Below, one piece after another: positions 49,834 through 58,097 of a stretch of DNA of 64,000 nt. The stretch's first letter is position 1. Each line of letters starts with the position of its first letter. The notes beneath the pieces were generated by a model that saw only the letters and a list, made by a program, of their open reading frames with translations, had not been told where the DNA came from and did not search any database. The stretch comes from Candidatus Adlerbacteria bacterium. Its GTDB lineage: Bacteria > Patescibacteriota > Minisyncoccia > Phycocordibacterales > SBAW01. The DNA lies in contig JARIGK010000004.1 of the NCBI GenBank assembly GCA_029288895.1, positions 13,621-77,620 on the forward strand. Reading direction: 5' to 3'. The position numbers and the translations under genes were made by a program.

Positions 49834-50033
49834 AGTTCATAGGTGAGAGCATGGCGCGTACCACTTTCGCAGTAGCGCTCCAGAAGCATTTCTGCTTCCT
49901 CGACCCTTCCCTGGCGGGTAAGGTACATGCACATCGCCTGAACGGTCTCGTCGTTCAAACGATGCTGCACCCAGCAGCGTTCGTCTCCCAAAATAGAGGA
50001 GACAATAACGCCGACGTAGACTTTATGAGCCAT
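49809..50033 (-). CDS. Small hypothetical protein (74 aa)
   Basis: SD AAGGAGG before MAHKVYV; stop codon lies inside repeat copy B. Confidence 0.6.
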   Translation of the reverse strand: MAHKVYVGVIVSSILGDERCWVQHRLNDETVQAMCMYLTRQGRVEEAEMLLERYCESGTRHALTYELGESNFSP

Positions 50034-50075
50034 AGGCCCTCCTTTCTTGCCGCGGGATTGCAGCCATGTTGTGTG

Positions 50076-50165
50076 GAAAGTACTTCTATTTGAACGTTTT
50101 GCTCTATAAGCCATCGATTTCTACAATCAAAGGCTTAATTGAGAGGAGAAGGTGTCAGTTTCTCC
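50076..50165 (-). repeat. Structured intergenic repeat, copy C
   Basis: Two hairpins followed by CAAAACGTTCAAATAGAAGTACTTTC. Confidence 0.92.
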
Positions 50166-50246
50166 TTGATAGTTTTGGCCTTACTGCCCCGATTTCTCGG
50201 GTACTCAGACCTTCTGTTGCCAACCCGGATATCAGCCGGGTCCGGA

Positions 50247-50642
50247 CTAGAGGCGACACACAATCTCATCTTCTGGTTCCCACGGGAGGCCTTTAGGGCC
50301 CCGTAAGTCCCACTTGTGAGACCATGTACCATCGACTTTTAGGTCGATAGTACATACGTTTCCACAAAGCATGAGAAGGTGAAGTTTTCTAGATTGTTTT
50401 TGCCCCTTTAAGGCATCCACAATCGTAAAAATGTCGGCTAGATCACACCTTGCACGGCCAGCTTTTTCGACAAGTTTCCATACTTTAGAAACAGGCGAAG
50501 TCTCTGTGAGATAGAGACTACGAGCTGGCAACTTAACCAAGCGAACCAACTTGATCTCCTGGCGAGTATCCATGACCGTAAGGTCATAGTAGAGTTCGGC
50601 GAAGATAGGGAAGTTGATAGCGGCGGCATCGATACGGGCCAT
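50247..50642 (-). CDS. Hypothetical protein (131 aa)
   Basis: SD AGAGGA; lies between repeat copies D and C. Confidence 0.6.
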   Translation of the reverse strand: MARIDAAAINFPIFAELYYDLTVMDTRQEIKLVRLVKLPARSLYLTETSPVSKVWKLVEKAGRARCDLADIFTIVDALKGQKQSRKLHLLMLCGNVCTIDLKVDGTWSHKWDLRGPKGLPWEPEDEIVCRL

Positions 50643-50683
50643 TTGTATTTCCTCTGCCCTATTTGGGCGTTGCTTGTATGTGT

Positions 50684-50777
50684 GAAAGTACTTCTATTTG
50701 AACGTTTTGCTCTATAAGCCATCAATTTGGTTGGAATTAAAGGCTTAATTGAGGGGAGGTCGATTGCTCGACCTCCC
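50684..50777 (-). repeat. Structured intergenic repeat, copy D
   Basis: Two hairpins followed by CAAAACGTTCAAATAGAAGTACTTTC. Confidence 0.92.
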
Positions 50778-50780
50778 GAA

Positions 50781-50927
50781 CTAGTTCTTCTGCCCTCGTG
50801 TGGCGATGAGGCCCCATACCAGTGCCACAACAACGACGGCAGCGATAAGGCAGATGATCACTACGGCGCCCTGGCCATCCGACTGAGACGCGGCATTGGA
50901 TACGGCGTATGCTTGGTAACCCTTCAT
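50781..50927 (-). CDS. Small single-TM protein (48 aa), first unit of the array
   Basis: SD GAGGAG before MKGYQAY; hydrophobic C-terminal half. Confidence 0.55.
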   Translation of the reverse strand: MKGYQAYAVSNAASQSDGQGAVVIICLIAAVVVVALVWGLIATRGQKN

Positions 50928-51072
50928 GACTCTCTCCTCTGCCCTATTGGGCGGTTTTTCGATGTACTGAGTGAACTGATATAAGAATAGCACGGTAAAA
51001 CAGTAATGTCAATAAATATTGATGATAAAAAATTGACAGAAAAGCATTGATAATGCTAGAGTTTTAGAGAAG

Positions 51073-51837
51073 ATGTCAAAAAATATTGATGATAATCCAA
51101 ATAAGGAGTTGCTGGCAAAGCTCGCGGAATTAGGCCTCTCCGATAAGGAGGCTCGGGTCTATATGGCCCTCCTGCCCCGACAGGATACGGGTACTTCTAA
51201 CCTTATTCGGGCCACCGGCCTCCATGGGCAGTTTGTATACACCGCTTTGGAGCGGCTCGAAGAGATGGGCCTGGCCAAACACGTGGTCCAAAACGGCCGG
51301 AAGAAGTTTAGTGCCGGCAGCCCCGAACGCATTCTGGCCTTGGTTGAGGAAAAGAAGCTCGCCGCCCAGCAGGTGGTCCGCCAGCTTGCACAGCAGTTTG
51401 CCGGCAAGCACGAACAGAGCTTCGAGGTCTTCCAGGGCGATACATCCTTTATTGCCCATGAGTTTGCCCTGCTTGAGGCCTGCCCGGATGGCAGCTCTAT
51501 AGACATCATTGCCGGCAGTGGCGACAAATATGTGGACATTTTTGGGGTGGAACTGAACGAATATGAGCGTATCCGTATAGAAAAGAAGGTCGCCTTGCGC
51601 TATATAAGCACCTCTGGCAACCAGAATTACTTGAAAATAATGGCTCAAACTAGGCCTTTTTTCGAATATCGGGTCCTCCCCCAGTCGGCGCCCCAGGTAG
51701 ACACAGATATATATGAGGACAAGATCAATTTTATGATATACGGCCAGCCCGTGGTCTCGTTTACGTTTACAAATAAGGAGGTGGCGAAGGGATACAAAGG
51801 CTTTTTTGATGTTTTGTGGAATTTATCCACTCAATAA
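51073..51837 (+). CDS. TrmB-like HTH transcriptional regulator
   Basis: LGLSDKEARVYMALL, VY.ALERL..MGL, IYEDKI and FFDVLW motifs. Confidence 0.87.
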   Translation: MSKNIDDNPNKELLAKLAELGLSDKEARVYMALLPRQDTGTSNLIRATGLHGQFVYTALERLEEMGLAKHVVQNGRKKFSAGSPERILALVEEKKLAAQQVVRQLAQQFAGKHEQSFEVFQGDTSFIAHEFALLEACPDGSSIDIIAGSGDKYVDIFGVELNEYERIRIEKKVALRYISTSGNQNYLKIMAQTRPFFEYRVLPQSAPQVDTDIYEDKINFMIYGQPVVSFTFTNKEVAKGYKGFFDVLWNLSTQ

Positions 51838-52237
51838 AGGGGTTTTTGGGTACAACAAAGGCCCAACGCGATATCAAACCTCCAGGAGAAATATGTTAGG
51901 AAGTTTTAAGACACTGCTTTGGGCCTGGTTACCTCGCTTCTCGAACAACTTTGAAGGAACTACGCACATTGATCTTAGATACGATATCTCTGTTCCAAAA
52001 ATTTGAAGAATGGGTGCAGATTCGTATATGAATCAACTTTTTCGAACGAAAGTTGGTCCGGAAATGAGAGCAACACGATGCGTGTGCGCTACACTCTGTG
52101 GGAAGAACTGTTTTGCAAGGACTCCTTAATCCAGGGCAGGAAATTAATTTGTCTTATTGCTTGTATGGTCCGCTGTTAATACTACGGTTATAAAGGACAC
52201 TGTAAAGGACATATAAGAGACAAACTGGGGATAAGCC

Positions 52238-53713
52238 TTATGAGACAAAGTATTTCTTCTCTATGTCTTTTATATCCTCTGCCTCTGCAGCATCTTTTTT
52301 CTCTTTCCCTGCCTCACCCAGCTTTATAAGCTCAGCGTCAGAAAGTGTATGTAAATCAAGGAGTTTTTGCGAAAGATACTCTTTTGTATTGCGTGCCGGG
52401 TCGTCCAAGACCTCTTCCAATAGCGCATGGAGCATCCAGCCCAAACGCGGGCCGGCCTTCTCCCCTGTTATGTCCATGACATCTTTGCCATTTACGGCCA
52501 ACATTGCCACCGAAATTGGGTCGCGCAGCGCTTGTTCGATCATTGCCTGATATTTGCGTAGACGGAAGGGCTGTTCTTTAGGCCTACCGGTCCCTATACG
52601 GTCGCATATGCGTAGTTTCACTAGGTTTTCGATATGATCCCTACCTACGTTGGTTATGATGCGCCTGACGGCAGATAACGTGATTTTGTCGGGGTCAGAA
52701 AAGAACATGTGCCAACGCACCAGGGTTGAGACCGTATCTATGGTTTCACGTGTAAACTTGAGGTTCTCAAGCGTCTTTTTAGCTATTTTGGCCCCTACCA
52801 CCTCGTGGCCATGGAAGGTCCAGTCATGTTTCTCATCACTCCAGCGGCGGCTGGCAGGCTTGCCGATGTCGTGTAACAAGGCGGCCAAACGTACTTCAAA
52901 GCCCCAGCCCTTGTCTGCGGCATGCTGCAGCGAACGTAGGTTGTGCTCAAAGACATCGAAGCTATGAGCCTGGTTTTGCTCGATATCAATTCCCTTCTGT
53001 AACTCTGGCACGATATATCCCAAAATACCTATATTTTGAGCCAAAATAACCGCATCCATCGGCTTTTGGGAGTTCACGATCCGGATAAATTCGTCGCGGA
53101 TGCGCTCTTTCGAGATCCTGGCCAGCTGCCCCGCACACTGTTTCATGGCCTCTTTGGTGTGTTCTTCGATAGAAAAGCCAAGTTCTGCCGATATACGGAT
53201 GGCGCGCATAATGCGCAGCGCATCTTCGGCAAAGCGCTCTTCTGGTTCCCCTACTGCCCGCAAAATGCCCGCCGAAGTGTCCTTAATGCCCCCGTAGAGG
53301 TCCAAGAGCTGCTGTGTCGCTGGGTTGTAGGCAAGCGCGTTAATCGTAAAATCACGGCGTTTCAGGTCGTCTTCGATGTGCTGGCTAAACTGTACCGAGT
53401 CTGGGCGGCGAGCATCGCTGTACTTCCCTTCTGTGCGGTACGGCGTGGCTTCGACTATCCGTACCGATTCATCCTCCGCACCCTCGTTCACGATGCCGAC
53501 GGTGCCAAAATCGTTGGTATAAAAGGTGTTTTCGAATAACCCCTGGATCTGCTCGGGCGTGGCATTGGTGGTGATATCCCAGTCTTTGGGACGGCGGCCA
53601 AGGAGCATGTCGCGCACGCACCCCCCTACTATCCAGGCCTCAAAGCCCGCCTTTGTAAGGGTCTCTGTTATTCGTGAAACTTCCGCAGGGATTTGGTTTC
53701 GTAAGAGCTCCAT
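52238..53713 (-). CDS. cca: CCA tRNA nucleotidyltransferase with HD domain
   Basis: VGGCVRD, DWDITT, RRDFTINA, EDALRIMRA, ERIRDE and LLHDIGK motifs. Confidence 0.93.
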   Translation of the reverse strand: MELLRNQIPAEVSRITETLTKAGFEAWIVGGCVRDMLLGRRPKDWDITTNATPEQIQGLFENTFYTNDFGTVGIVNEGAEDESVRIVEATPYRTEGKYSDARRPDSVQFSQHIEDDLKRRDFTINALAYNPATQQLLDLYGGIKDTSAGILRAVGEPEERFAEDALRIMRAIRISAELGFSIEEHTKEAMKQCAGQLARISKERIRDEFIRIVNSQKPMDAVILAQNIGILGYIVPELQKGIDIEQNQAHSFDVFEHNLRSLQHAADKGWGFEVRLAALLHDIGKPASRRWSDEKHDWTFHGHEVVGAKIAKKTLENLKFTRETIDTVSTLVRWHMFFSDPDKITLSAVRRIITNVGRDHIENLVKLRICDRIGTGRPKEQPFRLRKYQAMIEQALRDPISVAMLAVNGKDVMDITGEKAGPRLGWMLHALLEEVLDDPARNTKEYLSQKLLDLHTLSDAELIKLGEAGKEKKDAAEAEDIKDIEKKYFVS

Positions 53714-53740
53714 GGCACAATTTTACCACGGGCAATATAT

Positions 53741-53812
53741 GCTCCTGTGGTGAAATGGATATCACGGCTGGCTTCGAACCAGCTGTTCCAGGTTCGAGTC
53801 CTGGCGGGAGCA
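53741..53812 (+). tRNA. tRNA-Arg(TCG)
   Basis: Cloverleaf GCTCCTG...CGGGAGC-A, anticodon loop CTTCGAA, T-loop GTTCGAGT. Confidence 0.92.
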
Positions 53813-53876
53813 CACGTTCGACCAGTTTTGCTCGCTCAGTGTGTAGAGCTGTGCTATAGTCTTCATTGTTCAGAAC

Positions 53877-53947
53877 GCGGATATGGTTTAGTGGTAGAAC
53901 ACCTCCTTGCCAAGGAGGAGACGGGAGTTCGATTCTCCCTATCCGCA
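53877..53947 (+). tRNA. tRNA-Gly(GCC)
   Basis: GCGGATA...TATCCGC-A, anticodon loop TTGCCAA. Confidence 0.95.
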
Positions 53948-54035
53948 CCGAGGTTTCTCAAAGCCCCCTTATAAGACACATTTGTGGATAAAAGTGGGGA
54001 GAAGTGTATAAAAGACGTCTTTTAAGGCTTTTGTA

Positions 54036-54079
54036 CGTTTCATATGTAACGTTTCCCTCACAAAGGTTCACGTGTAACA
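54036..54079. promoter_or_regulatory. Two parS-like palindromes
   Basis: CGTTTCATATGTAACG (54036-54051) and AGGTTCACGTGTAACA (54064-54079) versus consensus TGTTTCACGTGAAACA. Confidence 0.55.
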
Positions 54080-54089
54080 CCTGTGGGGT

Positions 54090-54473
54090 ATGGAAAAGAC
54101 TAAAAAGCGTAGAATAGGTGACATTGGCGAAGAGGTAGCTTCGAAATATCTAGTAAAGAAGGGCTATTCTATAGTCGGGAGGAACTATCTCAAACCTTGG
54201 GGTGAGTTGGATATCATAGCCACGAAGGGTGGGAAACTACACTTTGTAGAGGTAAAGACAGTTTCACGTGAATCGGGTAGGGGGCAAAAAGGCCGCCCCG
54301 AGGACAATATGCATGAATATAAGTTGAAGAGGCTGCACCGAGCTATCCAGACCTACCTGCTCGAGAAGAAGATGGGGAGTGGGGTAGAGTGGCAGCTCGA
54401 TCTGGCTTGTGTTTATTTGGATTTTTCGACTAAGCGCGCTACAGTTGAGCTCTTGGAGAATATTATCCTCTGA
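54090..54473 (+). CDS. YraN/UPF0102 family nuclease-like protein
   Basis: G..GEE.A..YL..KGY.I..RNY...GELDIIA and FVEVKT motifs. Confidence 0.9.
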   Translation: MEKTKKRRIGDIGEEVASKYLVKKGYSIVGRNYLKPWGELDIIATKGGKLHFVEVKTVSRESGRGQKGRPEDNMHEYKLKRLHRAIQTYLLEKKMGSGVEWQLDLACVYLDFSTKRATVELLENIIL

Positions 54474-54498
54474 GATGTCGTAAAGGACATAAAAGACA

Positions 54499-54572
54499 CG
54501 GGACGTAGTATAGTGGTAGTACACTTGCTTTGGGAGCATGTAGTCCGAGTTCGATTCTCGGCGTCCCGACCA
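54499..54572 (+). tRNA. tRNA-Pro(TGG)
   Basis: CGGGACG...CGTCCCG-ACCA, anticodon loop TTTGGGA. Confidence 0.92.
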
Positions 54573-54585
54573 AAAACAATAGGAT

Positions 54586-55455
54586 ATGCAACGTATAACG
54601 CTTACGACACAGCCAGCAGCAGGGTATGAACTGCTCGATTCTGGAAGGGAAGAGAAGCTCGAGCGTTTTGGAGACGTTGTATTGCGCCGCCCCGACCCGC
54701 AAGCGTTGTGGGAAAAGCACTTGGGCGAAGGGGAGTGGAATGCTGCAAACGGCACCTACGTGCGCGAAAGTGGGGAAGCGGGGAAATGGACAGGCACTAT
54801 CCCCAAAGAATGGCAGATCGAATTTGGCGGCCTCAATTTTTTACTAAAACCAACAAGTTTTAAACACACCGGTTTGTTTCCCGAGCAGGAGCAGAATTGG
54901 CACTGGAGCGCAGAACAAATTAAAGGGGCGGAAAGGGAAGTGAACGTACTCAACCTGTTTGGCTATACCGGCGGGGCGACGCTTGCGGCAGCAAAAGCTG
55001 GTGCGAAAGTCACTCACGTTGATGCGTCGAAGACTGCAGTAGCCTGGGCGCGCCACAATGCCGAGCTTTCGGGTTTACAAGATGCGCCGGTGCGCTGGAT
55101 CGTCGAAGACGTGCTTACATTTGTCGAGCGTGAGATAAAGCGCGGCACGAAGTACGATGCCATGGTGATGGACCCACCAGCCTTTGGCCACGGGCCAGCA
55201 GGGGAATTGTGGAAAATCGAAGAGAGCTTCTTGCAATTGATGAAGCTACTGCCCGAGCTTCTTACAGAAAAGCCATTGTTTGTTTTGATAAACGGCTATG
55301 CAGCAGGATATTCGCCATTGGCATTTGCATATAACTTAGAGCCGCTCAAGCAGAAGTTTGGCGGCGATATCGAATACGGTGATATAGAAATTGCCGAAAA
55401 AGACGGCCGCGTGTTGCCGTGCGGTATCTTTGCACGGTGGAAAACTCAGGCTTGA
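54586..55455 (+). CDS. SAM-dependent methyltransferase (RlmI/RlmK-like family)
   Basis: YELLDSG..EKLERFG, KHTGLFPEQ, VLNLFGYTGG and DPPAFG motifs. Confidence 0.88.
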   Translation: MQRITLTTQPAAGYELLDSGREEKLERFGDVVLRRPDPQALWEKHLGEGEWNAANGTYVRESGEAGKWTGTIPKEWQIEFGGLNFLLKPTSFKHTGLFPEQEQNWHWSAEQIKGAEREVNVLNLFGYTGGATLAAAKAGAKVTHVDASKTAVAWARHNAELSGLQDAPVRWIVEDVLTFVEREIKRGTKYDAMVMDPPAFGHGPAGELWKIEESFLQLMKLLPELLTEKPLFVLINGYAAGYSPLAFAYNLEPLKQKFGGDIEYGDIEIAEKDGRVLPCGIFARWKTQA

Positions 55456-55656
55456 CCGTACAGCAGAGCGGGCGTACGGTAGAGATATGGAACGCGCAGC
55501 AAGCACAAATTACTTTTTTAAGTGGTTTACCTCGTCCCTCGAGGGTTTTGTGCTGCGGTAGTTCATACGAATACCGAAACAACCACAAGACTCTCGAAAG
55601 GGGGTCTTGTTTCGTTTTGGATGGTTCTGGTTCTTTTTGAAAGAGGAGGAGAGAAA

Positions 55657-55944
55657 ATGAAGCACTTTCTGTGGCCTGATGTAGATGGACATCCGGCATT
55701 TAGGGAAAAGGACCCTGAGCTCAAACACATGAGTGTTGCTCTCCAGTATGGTATCGCTACCGTACAGTCGAGAGACGCGACCTTGGAAGACCTGCAGGCC
55801 ATCAAGGCCAATATCGAAAAGCTCTACGAAGGTAAGCCTACAAGCGGCTATACCCAAAGCGTTATCAATGCGCTTGAGCAAAGGCTCATTCCACCGGGGC
55901 CTAAGGAGATGCAAGGTTTCGAGCACCAAGCTCTCACCGATTAA
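55657..55944 (+). CDS. Hypothetical protein (95 aa)
   Basis: SD GAGGAG before MKHFLW; terminator AAGCCGAG...CTCGGCTTTTT follows. Confidence 0.6.
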   Translation: MKHFLWPDVDGHPAFREKDPELKHMSVALQYGIATVQSRDATLEDLQAIKANIEKLYEGKPTSGYTQSVINALEQRLIPPGPKEMQGFEHQALTD

Positions 55945-55980
55945 GTGCGAAGCCGAGTAGCAATGCTCGGCTTTTTCTTT

Positions 55981-57129
55981 TTATTTTTTAAGGGCTTTGA
56001 AGAGTGTTTGGGTTTCGCTTGCGCCTGTTGTTGCGGCAAAGTCCGCAGCTTTTTGTTTGAGGTCGCCTTTAAGCAGGGGTATAAGCCCACCCAACCCCGC
56101 TTCGTTTAAACTTCTATTGATATAGGCGAGGGTAATGCCATGCAGTTCGCGAGTAGCAGTGCTGTCGCCCGCGCTTGCGGTTGCAACAATGGCCTGCAGC
56201 GCGCCATCTTGCATGCGCACAATACCGCCACCCGATGAACCCGCTTGCGAAACAACGGTGCCGCCCACAGACACAACATCAGGGTAGCCACGGTCGTCGA
56301 ACGCGTAGATTTGCTCGACGGTCGAAATAGCCGTGCTGATGTAGAGACTCATTTCAATGGTGATGCCTTGCAAATAGCCCGCCGGGTAGCTTGCGATCAT
56401 CATAGGCAGGCCTTGCACGGGCTCGTCCAAAGTTAATGGGAGGTAGGGGAAGTGTGCGGGCAATGTGCCATTTGGGTCGGTTGTCGAGGTGATAAGCAAA
56501 AAGGCGTAGTCATTTTCGCCCGTACCCAGTTCGGTATCTGAGGTAATCTGCGATGCGTTTGCATCGACCCATGCGGGCGGCAAGTAGAGGAGTTGTGCAT
56601 GATATTTCGGTGTTGCGGGGCTGCCGGTGCGCACGACGCAGTCGACATTGCCGGGCACCAGGTAGTCGCGCAACAACAAGTATTGCCCAACATGCGCATT
56701 TGTCAGTACAACGCCCGCGCCCGAAATCAGCACGCCGCTGCCAGAGATTGGGTTTAAGTATCCGCCGCCGCGGGTGGTGCACAAAATATTAACTGCTGCC
56801 GCACGCGCCATGTCGTTGACTTGTGATTGGGGCAGGGCAAGGGGGATAACCACAGATGTCGCTAATGCCGAAGTAGAACTTTGTCCCGGTTCGCCAGAAG
56901 CCGCGGATATGTTCTGCGCAGGTTTGGTTGTCTTCGGCGTGCTAGTTGCAATAAGGTTCGCCGTTTTCTTATTTTTAACAATAGGGAAAGAATGAGTGAC
57001 AGGTGTCGTTGAGGTTGCAGTCGACACGACCGTAACAGCAGGGTGGGGGACAAAGCCAGCAAACACGCCGTGCGCTGTCAGGAAGAGCGAAAGGAGAGCG
57101 TGTTTGAGAAATGCCAACGCAGCTTGCAT
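55981..57129 (-). CDS. Exported trypsin-like serine protease
   Basis: SGSGV...LTNAHV (His), NDYAFL (Asp) and GSSGG (Ser); N-terminal signal with Thr-rich linker. Confidence 0.85.
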   Translation of the reverse strand: MQAALAFLKHALLSLFLTAHGVFAGFVPHPAVTVVSTATSTTPVTHSFPIVKNKKTANLIATSTPKTTKPAQNISAASGEPGQSSTSALATSVVIPLALPQSQVNDMARAAAVNILCTTRGGGYLNPISGSGVLISGAGVVLTNAHVGQYLLLRDYLVPGNVDCVVRTGSPATPKYHAQLLYLPPAWVDANASQITSDTELGTGENDYAFLLITSTTDPNGTLPAHFPYLPLTLDEPVQGLPMMIASYPAGYLQGITIEMSLYISTAISTVEQIYAFDDRGYPDVVSVGGTVVSQAGSSGGGIVRMQDGALQAIVATASAGDSTATRELHGITLAYINRSLNEAGLGGLIPLLKGDLKQKAADFAATTGASETQTLFKALKK

Positions 57130-57174
57130 AGGCTCAGTATACAATTTAGTCTGTAGAAGTTCGCGCAATAAAAA

Positions 57175-57245
57175 GCGGGATTAGTTTAGTGGTAGAACAT
57201 CAGTTTTCCAAACTGAGAGTGCCGGTCCGATTCCGGCATCCCGCA
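57175..57245 (+). tRNA. tRNA-Gly(TCC)
   Basis: GCGGGAT...ATCCCGC-A, anticodon loop TTTCCAA; T-loop reads GTCCGATT. Confidence 0.9.
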
Positions 57246-57250
57246 CTTAT

Positions 57251-58087
57251 ATGACATCTGTCCCCGAAGAAATAAAAAAAGTGGTGGGGAACACAGAAGG
57301 GCCTGTCAGCATGATTTTGGCAGGCGTACACGGTGACGAATTGTGCGGCGTCTCTGCCCTGCAAGAGATTTTTAACTCTCTGGAGATAGAGCGGGGGACG
57401 GTGTTATATGGGTTTGGCAACCCCCGAGCCATTGCCACGGGGAAGCGCTTCGTCGAAAAAAATCTTAATAGGATGTTTAAACCCGATGCAGATCTAACTG
57501 ATGAAGAAAAACAAAGTTATGATTATGACCGTGCACAGTATCTAAAAAAATATTTCGATACAGCGGAGGCACTGCTCGATATTCATTCGAACCCCTGGCG
57601 CGAAGAGAAAACATTCGTCATATGTGAAAAGAATGGATTTGAACTAGCAGGATCTTTGCCGACAGACATTGTTGTATCGGGTTTTGATGCGGCGGAGCCG
57701 GGCGGCACTGACTACTATATGAATAGAGGGGGGAAGATTGGTATTTGTTTTGAAGCGGGCTATTTGGATGACGCGTTTTCGAGAGCCACAGCAAAAGTTG
57801 CAATAGAAAATTTTTTAGAAGCACGGGGGCATACCACACGCGCGATTTTGCCTCGTGCACAGAAAAAACTGAACGTATTTAAAAAAGGCCTCTCGCGCAG
57901 CGATGCGTTTGTTCTTACTCGACCATTTGCCAATTTTGAGGCGCTTAAAGAGGGGGAATTGATCGGAACTGATGGAGCTGAAGAAGTGCGAGCGCCGAGA
58001 GCGTGCCACATCCTATTTGCCCGCAATGGAAAGTTCAAAGGGGATGAAATTTTCCTCCTGTGCGATGAGACGAAGCCTGAGTGGTAG
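57251..58087 (+). CDS. Succinylglutamate desuccinylase/aspartoacylase (M14-like Zn hydrolase)
   Basis: GVHGDE, GNP.A, NLNRMF, LLDIHS and FEAG motifs. Confidence 0.88.
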   Translation: MTSVPEEIKKVVGNTEGPVSMILAGVHGDELCGVSALQEIFNSLEIERGTVLYGFGNPRAIATGKRFVEKNLNRMFKPDADLTDEEKQSYDYDRAQYLKKYFDTAEALLDIHSNPWREEKTFVICEKNGFELAGSLPTDIVVSGFDAAEPGGTDYYMNRGGKIGICFEAGYLDDAFSRATAKVAIENFLEARGHTTRAILPRAQKKLNVFKKGLSRSDAFVLTRPFANFEALKEGELIGTDGAEEVRAPRACHILFARNGKFKGDEIFLLCDETKPEW

Positions 58088-58097
58088 TATTCCTAGT

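Noticed and set aside
50100-50170. Repeat read on the + strand as group II intron domains V/VI
   Set aside because: The AGC...GGCTT-GAGGGG resemblance is superficial: no AC bulge or GNRA loop, wobble pairs favour the opposite strand, and no RT/maturase is present.
46559-50777. Repeats as a CRISPR array or canonical integron attC sites
   Set aside because: Spacing is hundreds to thousands of bp with whole genes between copies, no cas genes are present, and there are no RYYYAAC/GTTRRRY boxes closing the hairpins.
46214-50833. Recurrent peptide (Y/H)RAKRSNRSTF in ORFs 46214-46651, 49809-50114 and 50438-50833
   Set aside because: It is only the translation of the conserved DNA repeat; better starts with SD sequences lie downstream, and conservation follows base-pairing rather than codons.
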